A stretch of 20,826 nucleotides of DNA from an uncultured archaeon (GTDB lineage: Archaea > Asgardarchaeota > Lokiarchaeia > Sigyniarchaeales > SOKP01): assembly GCA_964388035.1 (NCBI GenBank), contig CAYLZE010000092.1, positions 1-20,826 of the forward strand, given 5' to 3'. A program made the translations under genes and the position numbers. Of this stretch, positions 1 to 8,889 are shown one piece after another. A model generated the notes under the pieces. The model worked only from the letters and a program-made list of their open reading frames with translations. It searched no databases and was not told the origin of the DNA. How positions within the stretch are numbered: position 1 is the first letter of the stretch; every line of letters starts with the position of its first letter.

Positions 1-668
1 GGAGGTGCGTTTCTGGCCGTCGTGGTAGGTTTGTGTGGGGCTTTGTGTCGGCCCCCACCATACGGATGATCTGACGCATTCATTGCACAACCTCGAACTA
101 CAGGCCATTTAGCGGCTTTTGAACGCAACCAATAGAATTTATTACCGGCTTTTAAAAAGGGCTTATCCGGTCTCCCGCCTCCTGCAACCACGCCGACCGT
201 GCATAAGCAATTTCCATGGAACCAGCGTGATTTTTTTGAGCGAAAGAGCACGCTTACCTTATTTCCCACTTTATCCTTTACAACAGCTCCCACCCCAGAA
301 GCGCGGGCGAATTTCCCCCCATCTCCGGGTGTGCTTTCGATGTTAAAAACTATGGTTCCAAGAGGGATTTTTTTTAAGGGAAGTATATTTCCGATTTCCA
401 CCTTTCCCGTGTCAGATTGAACGAAATCATCTCCGATATATATGCCCTCTGGAGGCAGCCAGAGCCCCTTCTCTCCATCTTCATATTTAACTTGGGCAAC
501 GGGGGCACCCCTTCCCGGAGCATGCATTAATTCCAAAACTTTAAATTCGTAACTCTTATTATTTTCTTTAAAGGGGCGATAAGTTATTCTACCGATGTGG
601 CGATGACTGGGACTTCGAGCCCAGAGATTTCCTTGACCTTTTCGTTGTACTAAAATGCGTTTTCCCAT
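1..668 (-). CDS. rpl2: 50S ribosomal protein uL2 (3' end runs off the window)
   Basis: Absent from the ORF track because it has no stop in the window. Manual translation from ATG at 668 gives MGKRILVQRKGQG...HAPGRGAPVA...WPVVRGCAMNASDHPYGGGRHK...TARNAPP, the archaeal/eukaryotic uL2 signature. Confidence 0.97.
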   Translation of the reverse strand, partial: MGKRILVQRKGQGNLWARSPSHRHIGRITYRPFKENNKSYEFKVLELMHAPGRGAPVAQVKYEDGEKGLWLPPEGIYIGDDFVQSDTGKVEIGNILPLKKIPLGTIVFNIESTPGDGGKFARASGVGAVVKDKVGNKVSVLFRSKKSRWFHGNCLCTVGVVAGGGRPDKPFLKAGNKFYWLRSKAAKWPVVRGCAMNASDHPYGGGRHKAPHKPTTTARNAP

Positions 669-1017
669 GCTTTTTTCCTTAGTTATTTTTTAGTGCTAAA
701 GATTAATTTAATTTATTTTAAGAATTCATGTCATAAAACATTTTTTGTTTTTAAGCTGGGGACATTTCCTAAAGTAGAACAAAAATAGAATGATATTATA
801 ATTGTTATTATATCCTTTATACGGGGAGTAGATATTAAGAATACCGATTAGTTAAAAAAAAGGCATATCATGATATTTTAAAGATGAATGAGAAAGAAGA
901 TCTATATAATGGAGAAGCTTCATGATCCTTTCGGATAATAGAATGCTAAATTTTTGCGATAATAAAGGAAAGAAGGAAACCTAATAAGTTAAAAAAGAAA
1001 TTTAATAAAAGATGAGA

Positions 1018-2376
1018 TTATAAGAGATTATCTTTTAGTAATGAATCCATGTTATAATTGTAGGCAATAGGGATTTCTCGCTCAACGAATTCTCCTGCGA
1101 TGTTTTGGAGGAGCATTTCCTTGATTTCCTTTTTATTTTGAGTTTGACCTAAGACCCAGCCGAGTTTCACGTAGCTCACTTCTGGGAGCATGTTCATTCC
1201 GGGGATCACACCCATGTTTTGCAACTCCCTTCCCGTGGAATATACATTCATGCCGACAAAGCCGTGTAAGGTCTGCGTGGTCATGAGAATCGTGATTTCC
1301 TCCTCAATTGCCCTTTTTATCGAACCGTACAAGTGGGTTCCGACATGCCCCAGTCCCGTTCCCGCGAGAACAATGCCTTTATATCCCTTATCGATGTAAT
1401 AATCGATTTGTTCTGCTTCCATTCCAGGATAAGAATACATCAAGGCCGTTTTCCTTTCAAAGTTAGGGCTTGCCTTCACTTTTAACCCGGGACTTTTTTC
1501 ATGAATTTTTTTAAACCAAGTGATGTTTCTATTCTTAACCATTCCTAAAGGAATATCATCCATGGTGCGGAAAGCGTGTCGCACGGAAGAGTGCATTTTT
1601 CGCACGAGGGTGCCCCGATGAATTAATCCGTAATCATGAGAAGAAGATCCGAGCATGACTACTACCACCTCGGCAAGATTTGAGGAGGCTACTATTGCGG
1701 CATTAATTAAATTTATGGCCGCATCCGATGAGGGGCGGTCGGAACTCCTTTGGCTCCCAACTAGCACCACGGGTATGGATAAATCTTTCAACATGAACGA
1801 AAGAGCAGCGGAGGTATAACTCATGGTATCCGTTCCATGACCAATGATGATGCCATCCATCTTTGAATTGGCTGCAGTTTCTATTTTTTTTGCTAATTCT
1901 TGCCAATAATCTGGTCTCATATTTTCCGAGAGAATTTCAAAAACGATTTCCGTATCAAGATTACAAATTTCTGCTAATTCGGGAACCGAGCTTAATAGTT
2001 CTCCTGGAGTGAAAGATGGGATGACAGCTCCCGTGGTATAATCTAACCGAGAGGCGACAGTACCGCCTGTTCCCAATAATTTTAAGTTGGGTAATTTTTT
2101 ATTTTTCGGGAATTCTTTTTCTGGAATCTTGTAGATAGCTTCTTTTTCGCCTATTTTTTTTAACGATTTGATTTGAGACACATTTATTCCGACGTTGTAA
2201 TTATTTTCTAATTTGATTTCTATGTAATCTGGTTGAGAATACTCATTTCTTGGCAATAAAATTCCTTCAAAGGTGGTATTATCCGTTGTTACCTGAAGGA
2301 TGTCCCATATTTTAAGATCGTGATTTTCTAAAAGCTTTCTATTCTTTCCCTTGTATCCTTTTAAATTATCTGCCAT
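1018..2376 (-). CDS. gatD: Glu-tRNA(Gln) amidotransferase subunit D
   Basis: N-terminal GatD domain (IKLENNYNVG) plus asparaginase-like motifs GTGGTVASRLDY, HGTDT and GSQRSSDRPSSD. Abuts gatE. Confidence 0.97.
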   Translation of the reverse strand: MADNLKGYKGKNRKLLENHDLKIWDILQVTTDNTTFEGILLPRNEYSQPDYIEIKLENNYNVGINVSQIKSLKKIGEKEAIYKIPEKEFPKNKKLPNLKLLGTGGTVASRLDYTTGAVIPSFTPGELLSSVPELAEICNLDTEIVFEILSENMRPDYWQELAKKIETAANSKMDGIIIGHGTDTMSYTSAALSFMLKDLSIPVVLVGSQRSSDRPSSDAAINLINAAIVASSNLAEVVVVMLGSSSHDYGLIHRGTLVRKMHSSVRHAFRTMDDIPLGMVKNRNITWFKKIHEKSPGLKVKASPNFERKTALMYSYPGMEAEQIDYYIDKGYKGIVLAGTGLGHVGTHLYGSIKRAIEEEITILMTTQTLHGFVGMNVYSTGRELQNMGVIPGMNMLPEVSYVKLGWVLGQTQNKKEIKEMLLQNIAGEFVEREIPIAYNYNMDSLLKDNLL

Positions 2377-4308
2377 TTATTTCATCTCCTTTAAGGTTTC
2401 AGTTAAAATTTTTTTTAATTCCTTCGAGACAATTGCTCCGTCAATTCTCCCCCTAATCTCTTTCATAACATCTCCCATTAATGCCCCCATCGCCCTCATT
2501 TCTTTTTCTTTAATCATTTTAAGGTTCTTCTTTATAATATTTTGGATAATTTGCTGCAATTCATTCGTGGAAATTTTTTGAAGGTTCATGTCTTCTTTAA
2601 TTTGTGCAATGGAAAACTGTGGGTTATCCGCTTTTTTAATCATCATTTCTTCGATTGCTTCTTTTCCAATTTCCTTTTTACTTAAAAAGGTAAAGATTTC
2701 AATATAATCTTCCGGAGTGATCACATCAATGATTTTTCCATCTCTTTTTAACGCCTTGGTGGTTTCTAATAAGGTGGTAACGATTAGGGTAGGATTTTCC
2801 GGATAGAGTTTTAGGAGTTTTTCGAAAAGTTCGATGTCTCCGGTGAAAATGAGTTCTTTTATCATCCTCTCTTCCAGATTAAATTTGGCGGAATAATTTT
2901 TGATGGTTTCCCATGGATATGGCGGAAGATGTTTTTGAATGAGGGTGATTTCTTCTTCGAGATTAATGATTGGAACGGAATCCGTATCGGGATATAATCT
3001 TGCCCCGCCATGTAATTCTCTTAAAAACTCAGTATTTCCATTTTCCAGTGCCATTCGCGTTTCAGGGGGGACTCCCTTAAATGCAAGCTGTATTCTATGA
3101 ATGATGACATTGAATGCCTTATCCAGTTCTTTTTGAGTGCCAAGGAGGAGAATAAACCCATCTTCCTCAGCGCTATTTAATTTTTTCCGCATTTGTTCAA
3201 TTTGTTCTTTATTAAATCCATATTTAGTCAAATCCTCATCCGAATGAATTATTCCTTTCAATCCAGAAATTGACTTAACCTTGCTACTTATTTCCGTACC
3301 AAATCGATAATCCGGCACTAATTCTTTTCCCAAAATTCCTTTAAAACCAGAAAAGTTAATTCCTTGTAATTTTTTACCCGCTTTAATTCCCTTGGAAATA
3401 AACCCTTCCTTTTTATTCTTCATTACTTCTGTTAAATCAATTATCTTTTGATTTACTTTGTCCGGACTTAGATTTCGGTTTTCTAATTCTTCCTTTATTT
3501 TGAGCAAATTGACCTGTCGCAAAATTTCATGATCTATTAATAAGGGGATCCAATCTAGTTTCTGTACTCCTTTTATTTCTATGCGGGTGCCATTTCTTAT
3601 GCTGACATTAATATCTTGACGAATGGATCCCAGAACTTTTTTTACATTAGTGGTCCATAATAAGAGACCCAATCTTTCCGCACATTCTCTACATTCAAGA
3701 GGGTCGGTGATATGTGGTTTAGTGGTTACTTCCACCAAGGGAATTCCAAGTCTATCCAAGCGAAAATAGTTGGTCTTTCCTTCTGTTTTTATTTTTCTGG
3801 CAGCATCTTCTTCCAGACAGAGCATATCGATTCCGATTTTTTTTCCGTTTTCTAATTCGATAAAACCATCTTTTGCCAGGATCATGGTGCGTTGGAACCC
3901 ACACGGAACGCTACCATCGAGATAATTTTTCCTACACACGTGCATTTCTTCGATCATGTTTGAATTCAAGAGCAATGCAATTTCCATTCCAATTTTCCTG
4001 GCTTCCTCATTACAAGAAAAAGGAGGGGTCTCGTCGAGTTCATAAGTGCATATTACATCCTTATACCCTTCATAAATCACATTCATGTCCTTTTCATATT
4101 CCGTTAGCATGGCCGTATCATAGGTACCCATTTCTCCCAATACCGGGCGCATTTTGCGTTTTACTTCAAAATCTGGTTCTCGTGTTCCTTGGAGTTCATT
4201 AGGACAACGGCAAAACAGTTTTGTTTTCGAATTGAGTTGTTGATGGATTTCTAGTCCAACAAGCAAGCCTAATTTTTTATAGTCATGATTTTTCTCTTGT
4301 ACTACCAT
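2377..4308 (-). CDS. gatE: Glu-tRNA(Gln) amidotransferase subunit E
   Basis: Motifs GLEIHQQL, KLFCRCP, LEEDAARK, LDRLGIPLVEV, IRQDINVSI, EIKGVQ, GVPPETR and GGARLYPDTD, with a C-terminal YqeY-like tail. Stop codon directly adjacent to the gatD ATG. Confidence 0.97.
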   Translation of the reverse strand: MVVQEKNHDYKKLGLLVGLEIHQQLNSKTKLFCRCPNELQGTREPDFEVKRKMRPVLGEMGTYDTAMLTEYEKDMNVIYEGYKDVICTYELDETPPFSCNEEARKIGMEIALLLNSNMIEEMHVCRKNYLDGSVPCGFQRTMILAKDGFIELENGKKIGIDMLCLEEDAARKIKTEGKTNYFRLDRLGIPLVEVTTKPHITDPLECRECAERLGLLLWTTNVKKVLGSIRQDINVSIRNGTRIEIKGVQKLDWIPLLIDHEILRQVNLLKIKEELENRNLSPDKVNQKIIDLTEVMKNKKEGFISKGIKAGKKLQGINFSGFKGILGKELVPDYRFGTEISSKVKSISGLKGIIHSDEDLTKYGFNKEQIEQMRKKLNSAEEDGFILLLGTQKELDKAFNVIIHRIQLAFKGVPPETRMALENGNTEFLRELHGGARLYPDTDSVPIINLEEEITLIQKHLPPYPWETIKNYSAKFNLEERMIKELIFTGDIELFEKLLKLYPENPTLIVTTLLETTKALKRDGKIIDVITPEDYIEIFTFLSKKEIGKEAIEEMMIKKADNPQFSIAQIKEDMNLQKISTNELQQIIQNIIKKNLKMIKEKEMRAMGALMGDVMKEIRGRIDGAIVSKELKKILTETLKEMK

Positions 4309-4438
4309 TTTATTCTCTGTTTCTCTATCTGATTATAAGCTTTATTAGTATTATTATTTTAAAAAGTTTTTAACCTAAAAAATAAGATCATCTTAAAAAA
4401 TTAGATCTTAAGGGAGATTCTTATTATAACAAGATAAT

Positions 4439-5527
4439 TCATTCTAAAAAAAGAGTATCTTCAACTTTCATGACAGTGGCATGTTTAGAGAAATATGAAG
4501 TTATAAAGTTTAACTCCTCTTCGTATTTAGTTTTATCTAGTTGAAATCTGAATTTTAACCCTTGCGAGTTAATAATCTTAATCCAATGAAGTTTTTCGAA
4601 AAATTTTAATAGGGTCAATAGAAATTGATCTTTAGAGCCAAATTTTCTTGCATCCACCTCGATTGTTGCTAAAATTTTCTTCACTTCTTTAAAATCTTTG
4701 AATTCCAAGAAAACATTGATATCTATGGATAATTTTTGAAACAAATGGATATCATTTTCATCATTCACGATTTCACAGTAATTTATGATATGATTGAGAT
4801 TCTGGTTTAAAAGAGCAACTCTTTCATTCATTGCAAAATCTCTCTTAAAAACTAAATCGGTTATTTTTATATAGAAAGTAGCTATCATTTCATTTCTAAA
4901 GTAATGGAACTTGATGATCTCCGCTCCAAAAAAACCTAGAATGCAGGCATCGAGTTTACACCGTTCAAAGAATAAATTGGGATGATTTCCAACTATTTTA
5001 ATCGTGAGATGGAGCCCTTGATCCAGTTCCTCTTCCATTAATTCAATGAGGAATTCTTTAACCATATTTTGATTAATATATAAATTCCTGATGCGCCGGA
5101 AGAATATCATGATATCTTTTCTATTGCGTATCAAGCGCTTTTCTTGAAGAAACTGTTTATAAGCTAAGAACATCTGAGGAGAGCGATAAAAATCAAAGGA
5201 GGTATATCTATTATTTTCTAATATCTTTTCGAATAACAAAATGTATGCTCTAAAGGTAAATTGCTCATAAAATTCATTCAATTCCCCGTCGACCATATCA
5301 TGTATTTCTTCAAGTTTAATTCCCTTACTAAGTATTTTCAACGCCACTTCCATTAAATAGCAACATCCTGAAGAGAAACTATTGAATTGCTGGGAGAGGT
5401 TTTGACCTACGGGGGATGATTCTTGAATTTCCTTGAAGAAGCTGTTTAATTGTGTTTTTAAAGAACCAGGGAGACTTATTGTCTGACTGAATTTTTTCTT
5501 TAATGATAAAAATCTTTTAGAGCTCAT
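4439..5527 (-). CDS. Hypothetical protein, full-length paralogue of 5574..6644; possible N-terminal ribbon-helix-helix domain
   Basis: 362 aa ORF with an SD-like GAGGT just upstream of the ATG. Shares colinear motifs with its neighbour: QTIS, VDG...FYExFxFRA, ExNRY, NLxFExCK, NYxEIVND, LLKxFEKLHWIxII. Confidence 0.85.
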   Translation of the reverse strand: MSSKRFLSLKKKFSQTISLPGSLKTQLNSFFKEIQESSPVGQNLSQQFNSFSSGCCYLMEVALKILSKGIKLEEIHDMVDGELNEFYEQFTFRAYILLFEKILENNRYTSFDFYRSPQMFLAYKQFLQEKRLIRNRKDIMIFFRRIRNLYINQNMVKEFLIELMEEELDQGLHLTIKIVGNHPNLFFERCKLDACILGFFGAEIIKFHYFRNEMIATFYIKITDLVFKRDFAMNERVALLNQNLNHIINYCEIVNDENDIHLFQKLSIDINVFLEFKDFKEVKKILATIEVDARKFGSKDQFLLTLLKFFEKLHWIKIINSQGLKFRFQLDKTKYEEELNFITSYFSKHATVMKVEDTLFLE

Positions 5528-5573
5528 AGAACCTCATCAAAAAAATTTTTTATAGATTCATATTACAATGCAT

Positions 5574-6644
5574 TTAGTTCGGAATGAGTATGATATTATC
5601 GTTTATACTTTTCACATTTGCATGTTCTGAGAGTTTTTGCATCATGTAATCAATTTCTTCATTGTACTTTTCTTTAGATAGTAAAATTTTGAAAATGTAT
5701 TCTTTTTCATCTATAATGGAAATCCAATGAAGTTTTTCGAATACTTTCAAGAGATTTACTAGTACCAAGGATTGTGATCCATATTTCTTGATATCTTTAA
5801 TTATGGTATCAATCCAATTATTTCGGGTTTTAGTGAGATTAAAATTAATAAAACAGTCCTTGTCGTCTGCAAATTTCATCCATAAATAATAATCCTGAGG
5901 ATCATTCACGATTTCACGGTAATTTACGAAATAGGAGAGATTATCTCGGACGATTTGAATTCTCTGTTTTTGAGCAATATCATCACTATATACTAAATCA
6001 GAGTCTTCAAGAACATATCTGCAATATAAGGATTTATCAGAATAGAGGCATTCTTTGATTTTAAATCCCGCAAATCCGTATATTGAAGCAATCATTTTAC
6101 AATTTTCGAAATGGAGATTCTTTTGTAAACCGCTGTATTCAAGAATAAATTTTGAAGGTTTTCCTCGTTCCACTTCAAAAAATTTATATTCCTTAGTTAG
6201 TTTATTCGATTTTGCATATTTCTCAAATCGCTCATGGAGTGTAGTGAATTCATCTATATTTTGGGGATTTTTTAAATAAAATTCTTTTATAGCTAATAAA
6301 AACTCCGGCATTCGATCATAAAAGGAAATAGAATAACGATTTGGTTCTACAGCAACTTCATAATATGGAATTGAAGCTCTGAATGAAAAATCTTCATAGA
6401 AATCATATATAATGCCATCCACGTAATTTTCCAAATCTTTTAAGGTCTTACCATTTTCAAAAAGAGTCATCATATTATCCAAAACATAGTTATAGAATGA
6501 GGATACACTTTTAAATCTCTCATCTTCGGGATCTTTTTTATTATTAACGTTCACGAATCGTTCGATCCAATCTTTTAACGCATGTGAAATTGATATGGTT
6601 TGACGTGCATTTTTTTTATTCGATTGATTTTTGTTTGTTGTCAT
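5574..6644 (-). CDS. Hypothetical protein, full-length paralogue of 4439..5527; possible N-terminal ribbon-helix-helix domain
   Basis: 356 aa ORF. N-terminus RQTISISHALKDWIERFV...FKSVSSFYNYVL fits the beta-strand/helix/helix pattern of CopG/MetJ-Arc proteins. The domain call is by eye. Confidence 0.85.
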   Translation of the reverse strand: MTTNKNQSNKKNARQTISISHALKDWIERFVNVNNKKDPEDERFKSVSSFYNYVLDNMMTLFENGKTLKDLENYVDGIIYDFYEDFSFRASIPYYEVAVEPNRYSISFYDRMPEFLLAIKEFYLKNPQNIDEFTTLHERFEKYAKSNKLTKEYKFFEVERGKPSKFILEYSGLQKNLHFENCKMIASIYGFAGFKIKECLYSDKSLYCRYVLEDSDLVYSDDIAQKQRIQIVRDNLSYFVNYREIVNDPQDYYLWMKFADDKDCFINFNLTKTRNNWIDTIIKDIKKYGSQSLVLVNLLKVFEKLHWISIIDEKEYIFKILLSKEKYNEEIDYMMQKLSEHANVKSINDNIILIPN

Positions 6645-6670
6645 TATTCGAATATTTTTTTGTATTTCAC

Positions 6671-6677
6671 ATATAAA
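6671..6677 (-). promoter_or_regulatory. Putative TATA box for the paralogue pair (leaderless or short-leader spacing)
   Basis: TTTATAT on the minus strand, about 27-33 nt upstream of the ATG at 6644. AT-rich context makes a chance match possible. Confidence 0.4.
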
Positions 6678-6969
6678 TAGTTATACTAGATTTATTAAAT
6701 ATAAATTTTTGTAATGCCAAAAGTCTTATTTAAAAAATTTGAGATACATTTTGCTTGAAAATTCCTATAAGTTAAATTGTATATTCTAATCTTTCTTAAA
6801 TAAACAGAAAATGCCTATATCTAATTAAAGGTTAATTTTCTCATTATAAATCATATTTACCCTTCTTATAATTATAGCATTTTGAATGTAGAGAAAGGAC
6901 ATGCGTATGATATTGATTTAAATACCATTATTTTTTACTATAAATGGGATATTAAATTAAAAATATTTT

Positions 6970-7080
6970 GATATCCCCCTCTTTAGGTGACTCTCTTGAA
7001 CCTATGGGGTAAAAACAGGGAAGGGAAAGGGAAGCAGAATAACTAAAAGACAAAAATCCTCCTGTTTTTTATCTTTTTTT
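6970..7080 (+). ncRNA. Candidate structured non-coding RNA (two hairpins, K-loop-like motif)
   Basis: GC-enriched island in an AT-rich spacer. TATAAA at 6939-6944; hairpin TAGGT-GA-ctctctt-GA-ACCTA extended by CCCC/GGGG; second stem AAAAACAGG/CCTGTTTTT; oligo-T tracts at the 3' end. Confidence 0.35.
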
Positions 7081-7141
7081 AAGATTTTTTTCTATTTTAA
7101 AGAACATGGAATTCTTTCTAAGTTAGATTATTTAAATATCG

Positions 7142-8788
7142 TTATAATAATGATTTGGATACATATGGGCCATCTTTCTTATATCCTTTTTTATAAAACC
7201 ATTTTCTTACGCCTATACCGCTGATGATCGCGATTTTTTGTATCCCAAATTCTTCTTTAGAGATTTTTTCGGCATGTTGAATTAAAGAATTCCCCAACCC
7301 TCGATGTTGTATTTGGAGTTCTTGGTGTGGTTGGGAATGTCTAGGAACTAACATTCCAACAATTTTGATTTCTCTTACAATGGATGTATTTCCATCATTC
7401 AATTCGTTTCTATGGGCTTGCTTAGATGGGATTCTCAATCTCAAATATCCTAATATGCATTCCCTATTACCTAGTTCATATGATAAGAAAATTTCTTTTC
7501 CTTGCGATGCAATATAATCATATCGATAGAGATTTACCGCTCTTACCACGTCTTCTTGATAGTTTTTCGAGTTTTTAAGATATCCAAATTCTCTACATCT
7601 AATGCAATTGCACTTAGACCCTTCTTGCTCAAGTTCATGCTGTATCAACTGACGCAAATTACTTTTTTTACATCCTGCTTCTATTAAATTTGCGGGAATA
7701 TCTCTCATTATTCTTTGAATTCTCACATAAGGAGGGAGGTTTTTTTTAACGGTGGCTAATAATTCAATCAATTCTTCCAAAGGATAAGGTTGATATATTC
7801 CTGATTGCCACCAGTTGTATAATTCAGTTCCTTTAACCACTACTGTGGGATATATCTTTAACATGTCGGGGCGATAATTGGAATCTGAAAATAATGTATG
7901 AAATAGGAAGAGATCCTTTTGGAAATTCGAACCGGGCAAGTTAGGCATTACATGAAGATTGACCTTGAGCCCCGCATCTTTAGTAATTCTAATTGCATTA
8001 ATGCTTTCACGAGTAGAATGCCCTCTTTTTACTAGATTATAGATTTCATCATATACCGTCTGTATTCCGATCTCAACCCTTGTTGCTCCATACTTCAGCA
8101 TCAGATCTACATGTTCTTGTTTGCAATAATCAGGTCTAGTTTCAATGGTCAATCCGACCAATCTTCTTTTGGAGTGTTCCACCCTGCGCTTGACTTCTGC
8201 TAAAGTGGCGTAGCGATTGCCTAAAATCCCTTCTAAGGCCCCTTTCACAAAATCCTCCTGATACTCCAATGGGGTAGATAGAAATGTCCCCCCCATGATG
8301 ATTAGTTCAATTTTATCCACTTCATGACCTATAGCTTCCAAATCTTTAATTCTGCTTTGTACTTGGTTGTATGGATCATAATGATTATGAATGGATCTCA
8401 TGGCTGCTGGTTCCTTGCCAGTATAGGATTGTGCAGCTTTTCCATCTGGTTGTGATTTCTCACCAGGACAATAAATGCATTGGCCCGGACAAGGAAAGGG
8501 CTTGGTCATAATGGCAATAACAGTAACTCCCGATAAAGTTCTGGTTTTTCTTCTTTTTAATTTAGTTTTAAGCAAATCCAATTGAGTGGAAGGCAGGGCT
8601 AAGGTTTCGGCAATTTCGAGTATGGTCGCATTTTTAATAACCCTATTATATTTAAATTGCTTCCCCATTTTTCCCTTCAAGCTTGTAATTTTAGATTTTG
8701 GAAAGGAGGGATGATCCAGAAGGTATTCAATAGTAGCCTTTGCTACTTTTTCTTGTAAATCAGAATTATTTTCTACCATAGAATTCAT
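7142..8788 (-). CDS. elp3: tRNA uridine(34) acetyltransferase Elp3 (radical SAM + KAT domains)
   Basis: Motifs RTLSGVTVIAIM, CPGQCIYCP (Fe-S), QSYTGKEPA, MGGTF, ETRPD, LKIYPT, RIQRIMRDIP, CIRCRE, GYLRLR and QHRGLG. Confidence 0.96.
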   Translation of the reverse strand: MNSMVENNSDLQEKVAKATIEYLLDHPSFPKSKITSLKGKMGKQFKYNRVIKNATILEIAETLALPSTQLDLLKTKLKRRKTRTLSGVTVIAIMTKPFPCPGQCIYCPGEKSQPDGKAAQSYTGKEPAAMRSIHNHYDPYNQVQSRIKDLEAIGHEVDKIELIIMGGTFLSTPLEYQEDFVKGALEGILGNRYATLAEVKRRVEHSKRRLVGLTIETRPDYCKQEHVDLMLKYGATRVEIGIQTVYDEIYNLVKRGHSTRESINAIRITKDAGLKVNLHVMPNLPGSNFQKDLFLFHTLFSDSNYRPDMLKIYPTVVVKGTELYNWWQSGIYQPYPLEELIELLATVKKNLPPYVRIQRIMRDIPANLIEAGCKKSNLRQLIQHELEQEGSKCNCIRCREFGYLKNSKNYQEDVVRAVNLYRYDYIASQGKEIFLSYELGNRECILGYLRLRIPSKQAHRNELNDGNTSIVREIKIVGMLVPRHSQPHQELQIQHRGLGNSLIQHAEKISKEEFGIQKIAIISGIGVRKWFYKKGYKKDGPYVSKSLL

Positions 8789-8889
8789 GATATTATGGGA
8801 ACTAAGATTCAGAACTTTAAAGTGCTTTATTTATCCTTACAACTAATATAGGAAGGCACAAAAGTAATAATTTATCACGATTTACCAAT

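Noticed and set aside
119-420. Plus-strand ORFs 119..346 and 199..420
   Set aside because: Antisense shadows of rpl2, which occupies the minus strand.
7006-7031. G-quadruplex-like GGGG-N8-GGG-N2-GGG-N3-GGG
   Set aside because: The first loop is long and the G-runs are partly explained by Watson-Crick hairpins, so it is not supported as a separate feature.
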